From Labilithrix luteola (GTDB lineage Bacteria; Myxococcota_A; Polyangia; Polyangiales; Polyangiaceae), in NCBI RefSeq assembly GCF_001263205.1, contig NZ_CP012333.1, positions 11,121,377 to 11,185,376 on the forward strand: a DNA stretch of 64,000 nucleotides. The letters are read 5' to 3'. Within the stretch, counting starts at the first letter, position 1, and every line of letters begins with the position of its first letter. This document shows, piece after piece, positions 1-9,858 of this stretch. Under the pieces are notes generated by a model. The model was not told the origin of the DNA, ran no database searches, and saw only the letters and a list, made by a program, of their open reading frames with translations. The position numbers and the translations under genes were made by a program.

Positions 1-837
1 GACCACAGCCACGTCTACTGGACCAACAGCGAGACCGGCGAGCTTCATCGTGCGCCGATTGCCGGCGACGCAGGCAGCGAGGTTCTCTACGCGAACGACG
101 CCGGCTTCGGCACTCGGTTCGACGTCCATGGCGAAAACGTCTACTTCGTGCGCATTGGGGACAGCTCGATCCTCCAGTGTCCGAAGTCCGGCTGCGGCTC
201 GACCGCCCCCACCCCGATTGCGACCGCTGCACAGGTCCCGAGCGCACTCCTCGTCAACGACGCGGGCGCTCTTTTCTGGACGGAGCTCGATCCCGACGGC
301 GGCATCGGCACCTGCGATCTGCCGTGCACCGGCACGGTCACCTACCGCGTCTCCCACGAGACGAGGCCGACGTTCTTGGCCGTCGACGGTCCGGCACTCT
401 TCTGGACCACGCTCGGCCCGTCGCAGGTCCGCGGGCAGTCTGCGCCGGGCGACGAAGCCCGCACGCTCACGAGTAAGCAGTTCCTGTCCGACGTGAAGGT
501 CGCGGGGGAGCGCGTCTTCTACACGAACCTCGGCGAGGCCGCGCGCGTCGTCTTCCGTGACGGCGGCGGCGACATGGCGCTGCCGAAGGCCGGCACGAAC
601 ATCGGCCCGCTCGCCACCGACGGCGCGGACGTCTACTTCGCCGAACAAAGCGATCAGGGCCGGATCTTCCGCTGCCCCGTCACTGGCTGCGCCGCTGCCC
701 CCGAGGTCATCGCCACGAGCCAGGGGCGTCCGACGGCCCTCGCCGTCGACGCCGTCAGTATCTACTGGACCAATTCGGGCGCCACCCAGACCGACGGCGG
801 CACCGCCGGCCCGGGCGTCATGCGCCTCGCCAAGTAG
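1..837 (+). CDS. YWTD/LDL-receptor class-B-like beta-propeller repeat protein (5' partial)
   Basis: Frame 1 is open from base 1 and stops at TAG 835-837. The motif HVYWTN/LFWTE/LFWTT/SIYWTN recurs every ~40-45 aa. Third-position GC is high. Confidence 0.6.
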   Translation, partial: DHSHVYWTNSETGELHRAPIAGDAGSEVLYANDAGFGTRFDVHGENVYFVRIGDSSILQCPKSGCGSTAPTPIATAAQVPSALLVNDAGALFWTELDPDGGIGTCDLPCTGTVTYRVSHETRPTFLAVDGPALFWTTLGPSQVRGQSAPGDEARTLTSKQFLSDVKVAGERVFYTNLGEAARVVFRDGGGDMALPKAGTNIGPLATDGADVYFAEQSDQGRIFRCPVTGCAAAPEVIATSQGRPTALAVDAVSIYWTNSGATQTDGGTAGPGVMRLAK

Positions 838-852
838 TGCAACCTCGCGGCT

Positions 853-2081
853 TCACGCGCGCAGCAACCGGCGCAGCTCCGCGATGCCTGCTTGGAGAAT
901 GTCCGCTCCTTCGCTGACGGTGACGTCGGGTCGAAAGAGCGACCGAGGAGCGTCCCAGACGTCGTACACCGGTTCGGCGGAGTATTGCGCCTGGACGCCC
1001 GTTCGATCGAGGCGAAGTGCAAAAACCGCCGCGCCGAGAGCCGCCATGCGCGTGCCGACGATCCGCGCGCGGCCCAGCCCGCGCATGCCCATCGGAAAGC
1101 CTTCGGCCATGCTGCCGCTCCAGCGATCGACGAGCACGACGACCGGCGCGCTATACGTGAATGGCCCGCGCGGATCGACGTATTCGGTCCACGCATCCCC
1201 AAGACCGCGCCGCTGCGTCGACGCATCTTGGCGTACGGCTTTCGTTGGGTGATGAAGCGGCCCATGATCGGACGCGCGACCGCCGTATCACCGCCGCCAT
1301 TCCGACGAACATCGATGATGAGTCCTCGGGTTTCGCGCAGCTGGGCGAGCGCTCGATCGAAATCACCCGAGGCATCGCGATTGGCGAACGTCGCGATACG
1401 AATGTAACCGAGACCACCATCTAGCAGGTTCGACGAGATCGGCACCTCGGGTGTCTTCGCGGTCGACGAGAGCGTCACCGACCGCGTCGTCTTGTTCTGC
1501 GCATCGCGGATCGACAGCACCCGAGGTTGGCCGGTCAGGCCTGCAACAGCGACGTTCCACGCATACGACTCGGCTGCAGGATCGGGGCGTGCGAGACATC
1601 GGGGCATATGCTTTGCGGCCACGGTGGCGATGGCGACGTTGTCGATGGCGAGGATCTGATCGCCGGGTCGAAGTCCGACCGATGCCGGGGAACTACCTTC
1701 CTCGACGGCGACGATCCGCGCGACGTCGGCCACGCGCTCGACGACCAAGTCGTATCCGGGCCAACGAGGAGCTCCCGGGGGCGGCGACGACAGATGGGTG
1801 TGAGCGTCATAAAGCTCGGCAAGCGTGGCGCGCATGACGTCGACGAACTCCTCGTCCGTCCGCGCCGCCATCGCCAGCGGTCGATAGACCGTCCTCACTT
1901 TTTGCCAGTCGGTCGTCTTCTCCGCAAAGTAGCAATATCGCTCCGCGAGCGTTCGCCAGAGCTCGTCGAAATCTTCCTCCACAGTCACGTCGCTCGGCGG
2001 TTCGGCGGCGTAGGCCCGCGTGGAAGCCAACGCAACGGCACCACCGCAAAAGACGCGACGACCGATCTTCCGAATTTTCAC
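853..2081 (-). CDS. S41 family C-terminal processing peptidase with PDZ domain; apparent frameshift near 1205-1225
   Basis: Signal-peptide-like N-terminus VKIRKIGRRVFCGGAVALASTRAYAA from GTG 2081, with GGAGGAG 12 nt upstream. PDZ-like segment LRPGDQILAIDNV. S41 motifs IIDVRRNGGG and catalytic-Ser-like VVVLVDRWSGSMAEGF. The reading frame switches between ...RKPYAKM (frame of ORF 762..2282) and ...GLGDAWTEYVDPRGPFTYSAPVVVLVDRW (frame of ORF 853..1137) within ~20 nt. Confidence 0.6.
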
Positions 2082-2242
2082 GCCGTCCAAGCTCCTCCGG
2101 CCCGATGGTACATGGGCCCCGTCTCTCCGTCGGGTGGCCCACCCGGTTAATTTCAGCCCAAGGGCGATTCTCGACTTTTTCGTCGGGCGGCGAGCGGCCG
2201 GGTCGATCCGACGACGATTTTCGATAGTGATGCCCATGCCGA

Positions 2243-2281
2243 CGCACAAAACGCGAAGGGCCCCCGAACGAGGGCCCTTCA
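2243..2281 (-). terminator. Rho-independent terminator downstream of the FHA-ABC transporter gene
   Basis: Perfect 9-bp stem gaagggccc / gggcccttc (2255-2263 and 2272-2280) with an 8-nt loop. On the minus strand it is followed by GCGUUUUGUG. It lies between the ABC gene stop (2304) and the peptidase start (2081). Confidence 0.6.
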
Positions 2282-2303
2282 CATCACACGCCGCGGTGGA
2301 CGG

Positions 2304-5300
2304 TCAGACCGGATCGCGACGCTTGAGGATGACGAGCAGCATGCCGAGCATGAGGACCGTCATCGCCATGAGAACCGCGATGGGCAAAAAGGCCTGGTCG
2401 TAGTTCACGAAGCCCCACGCGCCCTTCAGCGTGTCGGAGCCCATCTGGGCAATCGCGCACTGGAAGTGGCCGCCGAAGACGTAGTCGGGCGGGCTGTTCA
2501 ACGTGGGGTTCTGAAGATCGATGAGCCATGCCGGCTGCTTGGCGATAGCGAGGCGCTCGTGCGCGATCGACCCCTCGAAGCCCCAGCGCGCCGGCATGAT
2601 GTACATGAGCGGCTTGAGCATCGGGTTCGTGGTCATCGGCACCATGAGGCCGCCGAGGACGACCTGCGGGATAAGCGCGATCGGCGTGAGCGACATCGCG
2701 GCTTCCGCCGACTCGACGATCGTGGAAAGCAGGAGGCCGAGCGCCGTCGCGTTCATGGCCACCGCAATGATGACGGCCAGCTCGGAGAGGAAGGCCAGGA
2801 TGCCTCCGTGGAAGCCGAGCGTGAAGAACACGATCCCGAGCAACACCGTGCACTGGAAGATGCAGATGAGCGTCAGGATGATGTACTTCGAGAACACGTA
2901 GTTCACGACCGAGAGATTCACCATGCGCTCACGCAGGTAGATCGCTCGTTCGGTGACGATCTCGCGCGCGGAGTTCGACGTGCCGAACCAGACCGCGCTG
3001 ACGACGACGAAGAACATGGCCGCCGTGTGGTCGTTCGTCGTGAGCATGCGCGCGAGGAGGTCCGACGAGCTTTGCTGGTTGCCCTGGACCTTCTTGCCGA
3101 GCTCTTGCAGCGCTCCGAGGCACCAGAACGGCACGCTCTCTTGCTGCCCGGCGAAGACGAACGCCAGCATGATGCCGATGACAGGCGCCTGCAGGAACAT
3201 GATCGCGGCGCCGGCGCGATCGCGAATCTTCACCTTCCAGTAACGACTCATGAGCAGCGTGAGCTGCGTCATGAGGGCTACCGCCGGCCGGTGAGGAACA
3301 CCGCGTGCGGCAGGCTCGGTGCCGACGGCGCGGCGACCCGAGTACATCTGCTGGAAGACGGGGTTCTGGTTGTTCATGAACTCCGAACGCCAGCCTCTCG
3401 CCGCCTCGAGTCGGGCGGTGTTTCGGGAGACGTTCGGGTCGCGCGCCTTCATCTGGTCCTGCACGACACGCTCACGGATGTTGAGCATGTCGAACATGTC
3501 GCGCGGGTTGTCGATCGTGCGGTTCTGCGCTTGTGGCAGCGACCGATACGGCCCTTCGCGCTCGATGATCGAGGCGAAGAAGCGGTAGCTCGCTTGACCC
3601 GTAGGACCGAAGTACGTCGGGATACCGCCGTAGCCCATGATGAACGCGAGATTGAACTTCTCGTATTCGTCCTTCGCGGGCTGGTGGATCGTCATGATGA
3701 TCGTCTTGCCGGTCTTCTTCGTGAGATCGTGCAAGAGATTGATGAGCGCGGTCGTGTCGTCGGCGGCGAGACCCGAGGTGGGCTCGTCGAGGAAGAGGAT
3801 GACCGGGTCGGTGACGAGCTCGAGCGCGATGTTGACGCGCTTACGCTGACCACCGGAGAGAACCTTCTTCTCGGGCTTTCCGATCTGGAGGTTCTTCACG
3901 CCCTCGAGACCGAGATCGCGCAGCGTCTGCTCGACGCGCTGGTTGATCTCCTCCTCCGAGTAGTCGTTCGGGAGGCGGAAGCGCGCCGAGTACTTCACGG
4001 CCTCGAAGACCGTGAGCTCGGGGTGGACGATGTCGTCCTGCGGGACGTAGCCGATGACGCCGCGGAGCGCGTCGTAGACGGCGTAGAGGTCGTCGCCGTT
4101 GATGCGGACCTGACCGCTCGTGGGCGGCAGGTAGCCGTTGAGCGTCATGAGGAGGGTCGTCTTGCCGGCGCCCGACGGACCCATGAGCGCGATCATGTCG
4201 CCCGGCAAAGCCTTGAACGACACGTGGTCGAGCAAGGTCTTCATCTGGGCCTTGTTGTCGCGATCGGGAACCTCGAGGAAGAGGTCCCACGCTTCGATCT
4301 CGTAGAGCGGCTTGCCTGCCCACGAGGCCTGCTGATCTTCGACGACGACGTTGACCTGCTGGCCGGCGATATGGATCAACACCGGCATCGGGCCGATGTA
4401 GACCTTCTCCCCGTTCGAGACCTGAACGCGCTGGCCCTTCGCGAGGCGCTGGCCGCGCACGAAAGTACCGTTGCCGCTCCCGAGATCTTCGAGGAAGAGC
4501 GTCCCGCCCTGGTCGATGATCTGCGCGTGACGCGCGGAGACCTGCGGGTGCGGGACGACGATCTTGTTCTCCGGCGTTCGTCCGATGGAGATCACGCCGC
4601 CCTGGAGCTGGTCGAGCTTCAGCTCGCCGATGACCGTACGGTGCTTGCGGGGCGCATGGTCGCCACCGCCACCGCCACCGCCACCGCCCGCGGCAGGCGC
4701 GCCACCGGGAGCATGCCCGTGCGCGCCCGTCGGAGCTCCGCCGCCGGCGAACGACTGCGCGATCTGACCGAGCAGCGGCACGGGAATCGGAATCGGCCCG
4801 AACGCGACGACGCCGTTCGGATCGAGCGGCACGGGCTGGTTCGGCGGAATGCGCTGACCGCCGACGTAGGTGCCGCTCGTGGAGCCGGAGTCCTGCACCA
4901 TCATGCGGTCCATCATCACGGTCGCGTGCGTCGCGCTGACCGCCGCGTTGGCGATGACGAGCGTGGCGGTCGCCGCTTCACGGCCGATAATCAGGTGCCC
5001 CGGGGGAGCGCTCAGCTGACCGCGCGCCATCGCCATCATCACGATGGCGGGGTGCGACAGCGGTAGGGGGACCTGACCGAGAACGAACGGGGTGCGGAAG
5101 TCGAAGGGCACCGGCTGGTTCGGCGCCACAGGCGCGCCGTTCGCCGTCGAGGGGCCGGCGCCTCCATCGAGGAAGGCGAGCTGGTTGCCTTGCTTGACGA
5201 TCCTCGCGTGACGAGGAGCGACGCCGGGCCCGTTGAGCACCACGTCGTTGTCGGGTGCACTGCCGATCGAGACTTGTTCCTTGCCGAAGCCGGGAATCAT
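2304..5300 (-). CDS. ABC transporter with three N-terminal FHA domains, then ATPase and ABC-2 permease (Rv1747-like architecture)
   Basis: 998-aa ORF starting at ATG 5300. It has three FHA-like segments (VSIGS...NGAPV, GTYVGGQRI, ISIGRTPENKIVV...SGNGTFVRGQRL). A poly-Gly linker follows. Walker A is GPSGAGKTT, the ABC signature is LSGGQRKRV, and Walker B is ILFLDEPTSGL. The C-terminus has about six hydrophobic helices. Confidence 0.9.
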   Translation of the reverse strand: MIPGFGKEQVSIGSAPDNDVVLNGPGVAPRHARIVKQGNQLAFLDGGAGPSTANGAPVAPNQPVPFDFRTPFVLGQVPLPLSHPAIVMMAMARGQLSAPPGHLIIGREAATATLVIANAAVSATHATVMMDRMMVQDSGSTSGTYVGGQRIPPNQPVPLDPNGVVAFGPIPIPVPLLGQIAQSFAGGGAPTGAHGHAPGGAPAAGGGGGGGGGDHAPRKHRTVIGELKLDQLQGGVISIGRTPENKIVVPHPQVSARHAQIIDQGGTLFLEDLGSGNGTFVRGQRLAKGQRVQVSNGEKVYIGPMPVLIHIAGQQVNVVVEDQQASWAGKPLYEIEAWDLFLEVPDRDNKAQMKTLLDHVSFKALPGDMIALMGPSGAGKTTLLMTLNGYLPPTSGQVRINGDDLYAVYDALRGVIGYVPQDDIVHPELTVFEAVKYSARFRLPNDYSEEEINQRVEQTLRDLGLEGVKNLQIGKPEKKVLSGGQRKRVNIALELVTDPVILFLDEPTSGLAADDTTALINLLHDLTKKTGKTIIMTIHQPAKDEYEKFNLAFIMGYGGIPTYFGPTGQASYRFFASIIEREGPYRSLPQAQNRTIDNPRDMFDMLNIRERVVQDQMKARDPNVSRNTARLEAARGWRSEFMNNQNPVFQQMYSGRRAVGTEPAARGVPHRPAVALMTQLTLLMSRYWKVKIRDRAGAAIMFLQAPVIGIMLAFVFAGQQESVPFWCLGALQELGKKVQGNQQSSSDLLARMLTTNDHTAAMFFVVVSAVWFGTSNSAREIVTERAIYLRERMVNLSVVNYVFSKYIILTLICIFQCTVLLGIVFFTLGFHGGILAFLSELAVIIAVAMNATALGLLLSTIVESAEAAMSLTPIALIPQVVLGGLMVPMTTNPMLKPLMYIMPARWGFEGSIAHERLAIAKQPAWLIDLQNPTLNSPPDYVFGGHFQCAIAQMGSDTLKGAWGFVNYDQAFLPIAVLMAMTVLMLGMLLVILKRRDPV

Positions 5301-5449
5301 GAGGCGGCCATCCTAACCCGGCCGTCCTCCCAACGCGCGCCCGAGTCGCATGGAGAAGCGTCGAAATTCAGCCCGGTGACCGGTCGCCAAGCGTCGCCAG
5401 GCGCGTCAGCACAGGCGTGACGCAGCGGGGCCTCCCCACCTACGAGCGG

Positions 5450-5836
5450 CTATTTCGCGGGGACGAGGCGCATGTTGCACTTGGGACATACGCCCGGTGT
5501 GCTCGAGGTCACTTCCGGGTGCATGGGGCACGCGTACGTCACGGCGGCGTCGCCGGTCGTGCCCGTTTCCCCACGGCCCCCTTCGGCTGAAGCCAATTCG
5601 GCGCCCCCCGTATCGTGAGAATGGGCGTCGTGCGAATGCCCGCCGTGCGCGTGCTCGTGGGGGTGCGCTTCATTTCGCGCCTGAACGGTGGAAACCGCCG
5701 GCGTGCTTCCCTCGGCAGCATGGGGGTTCGACGGATCATGCGGCGACGCCGAAACCGGCGCGGGGCCGAGAGAGCAGGCCGCGAGCGGGAGCGCCATTCC
5801 GAGGAGCCGTGAGCGAGCGATACGACCGAGCTTCAT
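5450..5836 (-). CDS. His-rich metal-binding lipoprotein with C-terminal YxCPMHPE...CPKC heavy-metal-binding motif
   Basis: ATG at 5836 overlaps the copZ stop (TGATG). The protein has a signal peptide plus lipobox LAAC. A His-rich stretch HPHEHAHGGHSHDAHSHD is present. The C-terminus reads YACPMHPEV...GVCPKCNM. Confidence 0.75.
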   Translation of the reverse strand: MKLGRIARSRLLGMALPLAACSLGPAPVSASPHDPSNPHAAEGSTPAVSTVQARNEAHPHEHAHGGHSHDAHSHDTGGAELASAEGGRGETGTTGDAAVTYACPMHPEVTSSTPGVCPKCNMRLVPAK

Positions 5837-6069
5837 CACGCCACCTCCTTCGCGGAATAACCGGCCTCTTCGACGGCGCCGATGAGGGCCGTCACGGCGA
5901 CTTTCGAGGGGTCGTGCTGCACGCGAACCTTACTCGTTCGCCCAACCGCAAGCTCGACGTCGACAGATTCGACCCCATCGAGCTCGCGAAGCGCCGCGTT
6001 GACGTGGCGAACACACGACGCGCAGGACATTCCCTGGACATCGAGGACGGTAGCCTTGTTCGTACTCAT
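5836..6069 (-). CDS. copZ: Copper chaperone, HMA domain (CopZ-like)
   Basis: 77 aa MSTNKATVLDVQGMSCASCVRHV... with a GMxCxxC metal-binding motif. ATG at 6069. Sits directly downstream of copA. Confidence 0.85.
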   Translation of the reverse strand: MSTNKATVLDVQGMSCASCVRHVNAALRELDGVESVDVELAVGRTSKVRVQHDPSKVAVTALIGAVEEAGYSAKEVA

Positions 6070-6143
6070 GTAGGTAGCTCTCGACTTTCGTGGCAGGCGC
6101 GGTGCGCTGTTTCGAGGAGGCAGACGCAGACGCGCCCGATTTC

Positions 6144-8429
6144 TTACAGAGCGAAGCGACGAAGGCGCAGGGAATTGGTGAGCACGGAGACGCTGGACAG
6201 AGACATGGCTGCGCTCGCGATGACCGGCGAAAGGAGCCAGCCCGTCCACGGGTAGAGCAGGCCGGCGGCGATGGGGATGCCGACGACGTTGTAGACGAAC
6301 GCCCAGAACAGGTTCTGGCGGATGGTGCGCAACGTCGCGCGCCCGAGGCGCAGCGCCGTGACGAGGCCACCGATGCCGCCGCGCAGAAGGGCGACGTCCG
6401 CCGCGGCGACCGCGACGTCGGCCCCGGAACCGATGGCCACGCCCACGTGCGCTCCCGCGAGAGCGGGCGCGTCGTTGATGCCGTCGCCGACCATCGCCAC
6501 GACGTGTCCTTTCGCGCGCTGCTCGGACACGATGCGTGCTTTGTCTTCGGGGCGAACCTCCGCGAACACGGTCGCGATGCCGAGCTCGGACGCGATGGCC
6601 TCGGCCGTGCTCCTACGGTCACCGGTGATCATCGCGGTGTCGATGCCCATCGCCCGGAGATCCGCGAGAGCGGGCGCGGCTTCAGCCGCCGGGCGATCGG
6701 CGACGGCAACGAGCCCCGCGAGCCGATCGGCGCGTGCGACGAAGAACGGCGTCCGACCCTGGCGGGCGAGGTTCTCGGCCTCGCGCGCAAGCGGCTCGGG
6801 ATCGACTCCGCCATCGCGCAGCCACGCGGCCGTGCCGACGCGAACACGTGCATCACCGATCGTCGCTTCGACGCCAGCTCCCACGACACTACGGAAGTCG
6901 TACGAGGGCGCGATGGCGAGCGTCTTTTCTCGCGCAGCCGTCACGACCGCGCGCGCGAGAGGATGCTCGCTCGACGACTCGGCACTCGCGGCAAGCGCGA
7001 GAAGCTCGTCGCTCCCCTCGCCCGTCACGCTCACCACGTCCGTGAGGGTTGGTTTGCCCGTCGTCAACGTGCCGGTTTTGTCGAAGAGCACCAGGTTCAC
7101 GCGGCTCGCGGCCTCGAGCGACGCGCCACCCTTCACGAGCACGCCGAGCTCTGCACCGCGACCGGTTCCCACGGCCACCGCCGCAGGCGTGGCAAGTCCG
7201 AGCGCACACGGGCATGCGATGACGAGCACCGCCACGAAGCGCTCGATGGCCGTCGCCACGCCCTGGGAGGTCGGGTCGAGCGCGAGCCAGACCGCGAACG
7301 TCACCGCCGCGATCGCGAGCACCACGGGAACGAACACGGCACTGACGCGATCGGCGAGCCGGGCGATGGGCGCCTTGGAGCCTTGCGCCTGCTCGACGGC
7401 CTCGATGATGCGTGCCAGAGCGCCTTCCTTGCCCGTCTTCGTCACACGCACCGTGAGCGCGCCGCTCTGGTTGAGCGTTCCACCGAAGGCTGGCGAGCCC
7501 TCGGTCTTGTCGACAGGAAGGCTCTCGCCGGTCAGCATCGACTCGTCGACCGCCGAGCGTCCACGCACGACCTCGCCGTCCGCGGGCAATCGTTCACCGG
7601 GGCGTACGAGAATCGTATCGCCAGGCAGGAGCGTCGCGGAGGGCACGTCTTCCTCGATGTCGCCGCGCAGGCGATGCGCGGTCTTCGGTGCGAGCGCGAC
7701 GAGGCCTTTCACGGCGTCCGCGAGGTGCTTGCGAGCCCGAGTCTCGAGCAGTTTGCCGAGCAGGACGAACGTCAGAATCGCCGCCGCGGCTTCGAAGTAG
7801 AGGTGCGGGACGAGACCGTGCGACGCGTGGGGAAACACACCGGGCGCGACGAGCGCGACGGTCGAATAGATCCACGCGGCCCCCGTTCCGATCGCGATGA
7901 GCGTATTCATGTCCGCGGCGCGATGCGCGAGCGCGATCCACGCGAGGCGGAAGAAGCGTCGGCCTGGCCCGAAGACGACGGGGGTGGCGAGCAGGAACTG
8001 CAACCAGCGCCCGGGCAGCGTCGTCGTCCATGGCCAGAGCCCGTGCGACATGGCCACGACGAGGAGCGGAACGGTGAGCACGGCCGCGAAAGTGACCGAT
8101 CGGCGGAGCTCACGCTGCTCGCGCTCCTCGGGCTCGCTCGCCTCTTTGGTCTCTTCGACCGGCGCGGGACGCACGAGCTCGTAGCCGGCCTTGGCGACAG
8201 CCGCGGCAAGAGCATCGAAGGTCGTCGCGCCTTCACCGAACGTGACCGTGGCGCGCCGCGTGGCGAGGTTCACCTGCGCCGAGCGAACGCCGCCGACGTC
8301 GTTCAAGGCCTTTTCGACGCGCCGAACGCAGGCCGCACACGTCATCCCCTCGACCGGGAGATCGAGCCGCGTCTCGGGAACGTCGGACGCGTTGAGCGAG
8401 GGGGACTGCATCGGAAGGGCTGCCATCAT
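6144..8429 (-). CDS. copA: Copper-translocating P1B-type ATPase
   Basis: N-terminal HMA domain GMTCAACV. Transmembrane CPC motif. Phosphorylation site DKTGTLT. Hinge GDGINDAPAL. 761 aa. Confidence 0.95.
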   Translation of the reverse strand: MMAALPMQSPSLNASDVPETRLDLPVEGMTCAACVRRVEKALNDVGGVRSAQVNLATRRATVTFGEGATTFDALAAAVAKAGYELVRPAPVEETKEASEPEEREQRELRRSVTFAAVLTVPLLVVAMSHGLWPWTTTLPGRWLQFLLATPVVFGPGRRFFRLAWIALAHRAADMNTLIAIGTGAAWIYSTVALVAPGVFPHASHGLVPHLYFEAAAAILTFVLLGKLLETRARKHLADAVKGLVALAPKTAHRLRGDIEEDVPSATLLPGDTILVRPGERLPADGEVVRGRSAVDESMLTGESLPVDKTEGSPAFGGTLNQSGALTVRVTKTGKEGALARIIEAVEQAQGSKAPIARLADRVSAVFVPVVLAIAAVTFAVWLALDPTSQGVATAIERFVAVLVIACPCALGLATPAAVAVGTGRGAELGVLVKGGASLEAASRVNLVLFDKTGTLTTGKPTLTDVVSVTGEGSDELLALAASAESSSEHPLARAVVTAAREKTLAIAPSYDFRSVVGAGVEATIGDARVRVGTAAWLRDGGVDPEPLAREAENLARQGRTPFFVARADRLAGLVAVADRPAAEAAPALADLRAMGIDTAMITGDRRSTAEAIASELGIATVFAEVRPEDKARIVSEQRAKGHVVAMVGDGINDAPALAGAHVGVAIGSGADVAVAAADVALLRGGIGGLVTALRLGRATLRTIRQNLFWAFVYNVVGIPIAAGLLYPWTGWLLSPVIASAAMSLSSVSVLTNSLRLRRFAL

Positions 8430-8475
8430 GCCCGTGCAGACGCCCGAGCCGTCGTTCTCTTACGGTCCTTTCGGC

Positions 8476-9846
8476 TCAGAGGCTTCCGCCGGCCGCACGA
8501 CACGCCTTTTCGTAGGTTTCGACGAGGTTCGCGGGCTTGCCGGCCTTTTTGGCCCAGCGAGCTCGAGCACATTCGCGGGGCTCGCCGTTCGGAGGCGACG
8601 CATCCGGATCGAGCCACCACTTCGCCGCGCTCCCACTCGGGCTCGTGAGCGGCGGTACGGGCGTGACGTCGGTGGTGACGCTTGCGTCCTCGTTCGAGTC
8701 GGTCGACGCCGCGGCGTCGCGCATGCCAGCGTCGTTCGCGACGATCGGAACGTTGACGTGCTTGGGCTGGTTGAGCGTCCACACGAGAACGCCGGCGATG
8801 GCGAGCGCGATGAGAGCGAGCCCGATGCCGATGGCGAGCGGTGCGCGCGACCGCCCTGCCCCCGCCTCCGACGGACGATTCGGAGCCGGCGGAATACCGA
8901 CGACCGCGGACACGGGAGGATTGCCCCCCACCGGCGTTGCCGCGGGCATCATGTGCGTTCCACCCGCAGGCATGGCGGCATGCGCGGGAGCCATCTGCGT
9001 GCCACGCGGACCCGACGCGCGATCGGGCGGCACGGCGTGCGCCGTGAGCTGCACGGTCTTCACGAGGGTCGCCGACTCGGAGACGGCCGCCGAGGCCTTC
9101 ATCCGGAGCACCATCGCCGTGATGTTGTCGTGGCCTCCTCGTGCATTCGCGAGGTCGACGAGCTGCCCGGCAGCCTGCTGCGCGGGCTTGCCGCCGGCCG
9201 TGTCGAGGATCTCCGCGGGCCCGACGAGATCGCTGAGGCCGTCGGAGCAAAGCACGAGCACGTCGCCTGCGACGTACGGAATCGGCTCCGGTCGAAGCTC
9301 GACCTCCACGTCTTTGGCGATGCCGAGCGCGCGCAGAATCTTGTTCGCGTCGGGATGCGATGCGGCGTCCTCGGCGCGGATGATGTTGTGCTCCACCATC
9401 TGCTGGACCATCGAATGGTCCTTCGTCACCTGCGCGATCGCCCCGGCGTGCACGAGGTAGATTCGACTGTCGCCAACGTGGGCGATGTCCGCGCCGCCCG
9501 GGTGGACGAGCGCGGCGACGACGGTCGAGCCCGGCCGATGGCCGCTCTCGTTGGTGGGCATCGACCACACGCGTCGATTCGCTTCTTCGATCGCCACGCG
9601 AAGCGCATCGCGCGGCTTGGTCATCGGCGGAGCGCTCTGCACGAGCTCGACGATCGTCTTGACCGCGAGCTCCGAGGCCTCCTTGCCGCCCGCATGACCG
9701 CCCATGCCGTCACACACGACGGCGAGCAGACCGAGCGCGGTCTCGACGTGCCTTGCCGAGTCTTCGTTGACCTGCTTCTCCGGATCACGACCAGGGTCGG
9801 TCCGGAAAGCGATCTCGACGGCAGGAACGTTGGCGCGCTCGGTCAC
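8476..9846 (-). CDS. PP2C-family Ser/Thr phosphatase with C-terminal TM segment and extracytoplasmic tail
   Basis: GTG start at 9846 with GAGAGGAA RBS. PPM motifs LAVVCDGMGGHAGG and GGHDNITAMV. A hydrophobic helix LAIGIGLALIALAIAGVLVW follows. The stop is 12 nt from the upstream FHA gene. Confidence 0.85.
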   Translation of the reverse strand: MTERANVPAVEIAFRTDPGRDPEKQVNEDSARHVETALGLLAVVCDGMGGHAGGKEASELAVKTIVELVQSAPPMTKPRDALRVAIEEANRRVWSMPTNESGHRPGSTVVAALVHPGGADIAHVGDSRIYLVHAGAIAQVTKDHSMVQQMVEHNIIRAEDAASHPDANKILRALGIAKDVEVELRPEPIPYVAGDVLVLCSDGLSDLVGPAEILDTAGGKPAQQAAGQLVDLANARGGHDNITAMVLRMKASAAVSESATLVKTVQLTAHAVPPDRASGPRGTQMAPAHAAMPAGGTHMMPAATPVGGNPPVSAVVGIPPAPNRPSEAGAGRSRAPLAIGIGLALIALAIAGVLVWTLNQPKHVNVPIVANDAGMRDAAASTDSNEDASVTTDVTPVPPLTSPSGSAAKWWLDPDASPPNGEPRECARARWAKKAGKPANLVETYEKACRAAGGSL

Positions 9847-9858
9847 GAGCTTTTCCTC

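Noticed and set aside
2466-5066. 866-aa ORF on the plus strand
   Set aside because: Antisense to the FHA-ABC gene. The product is an Arg/Asp/Glu-rich low-complexity translation typical of high-GC antisense frames, with no motifs.
6090-8648. 852-aa plus-strand ORF
   Set aside because: Antisense to copA, which carries unambiguous P-type ATPase motifs. The product is Arg/Gly-rich and meaningless.
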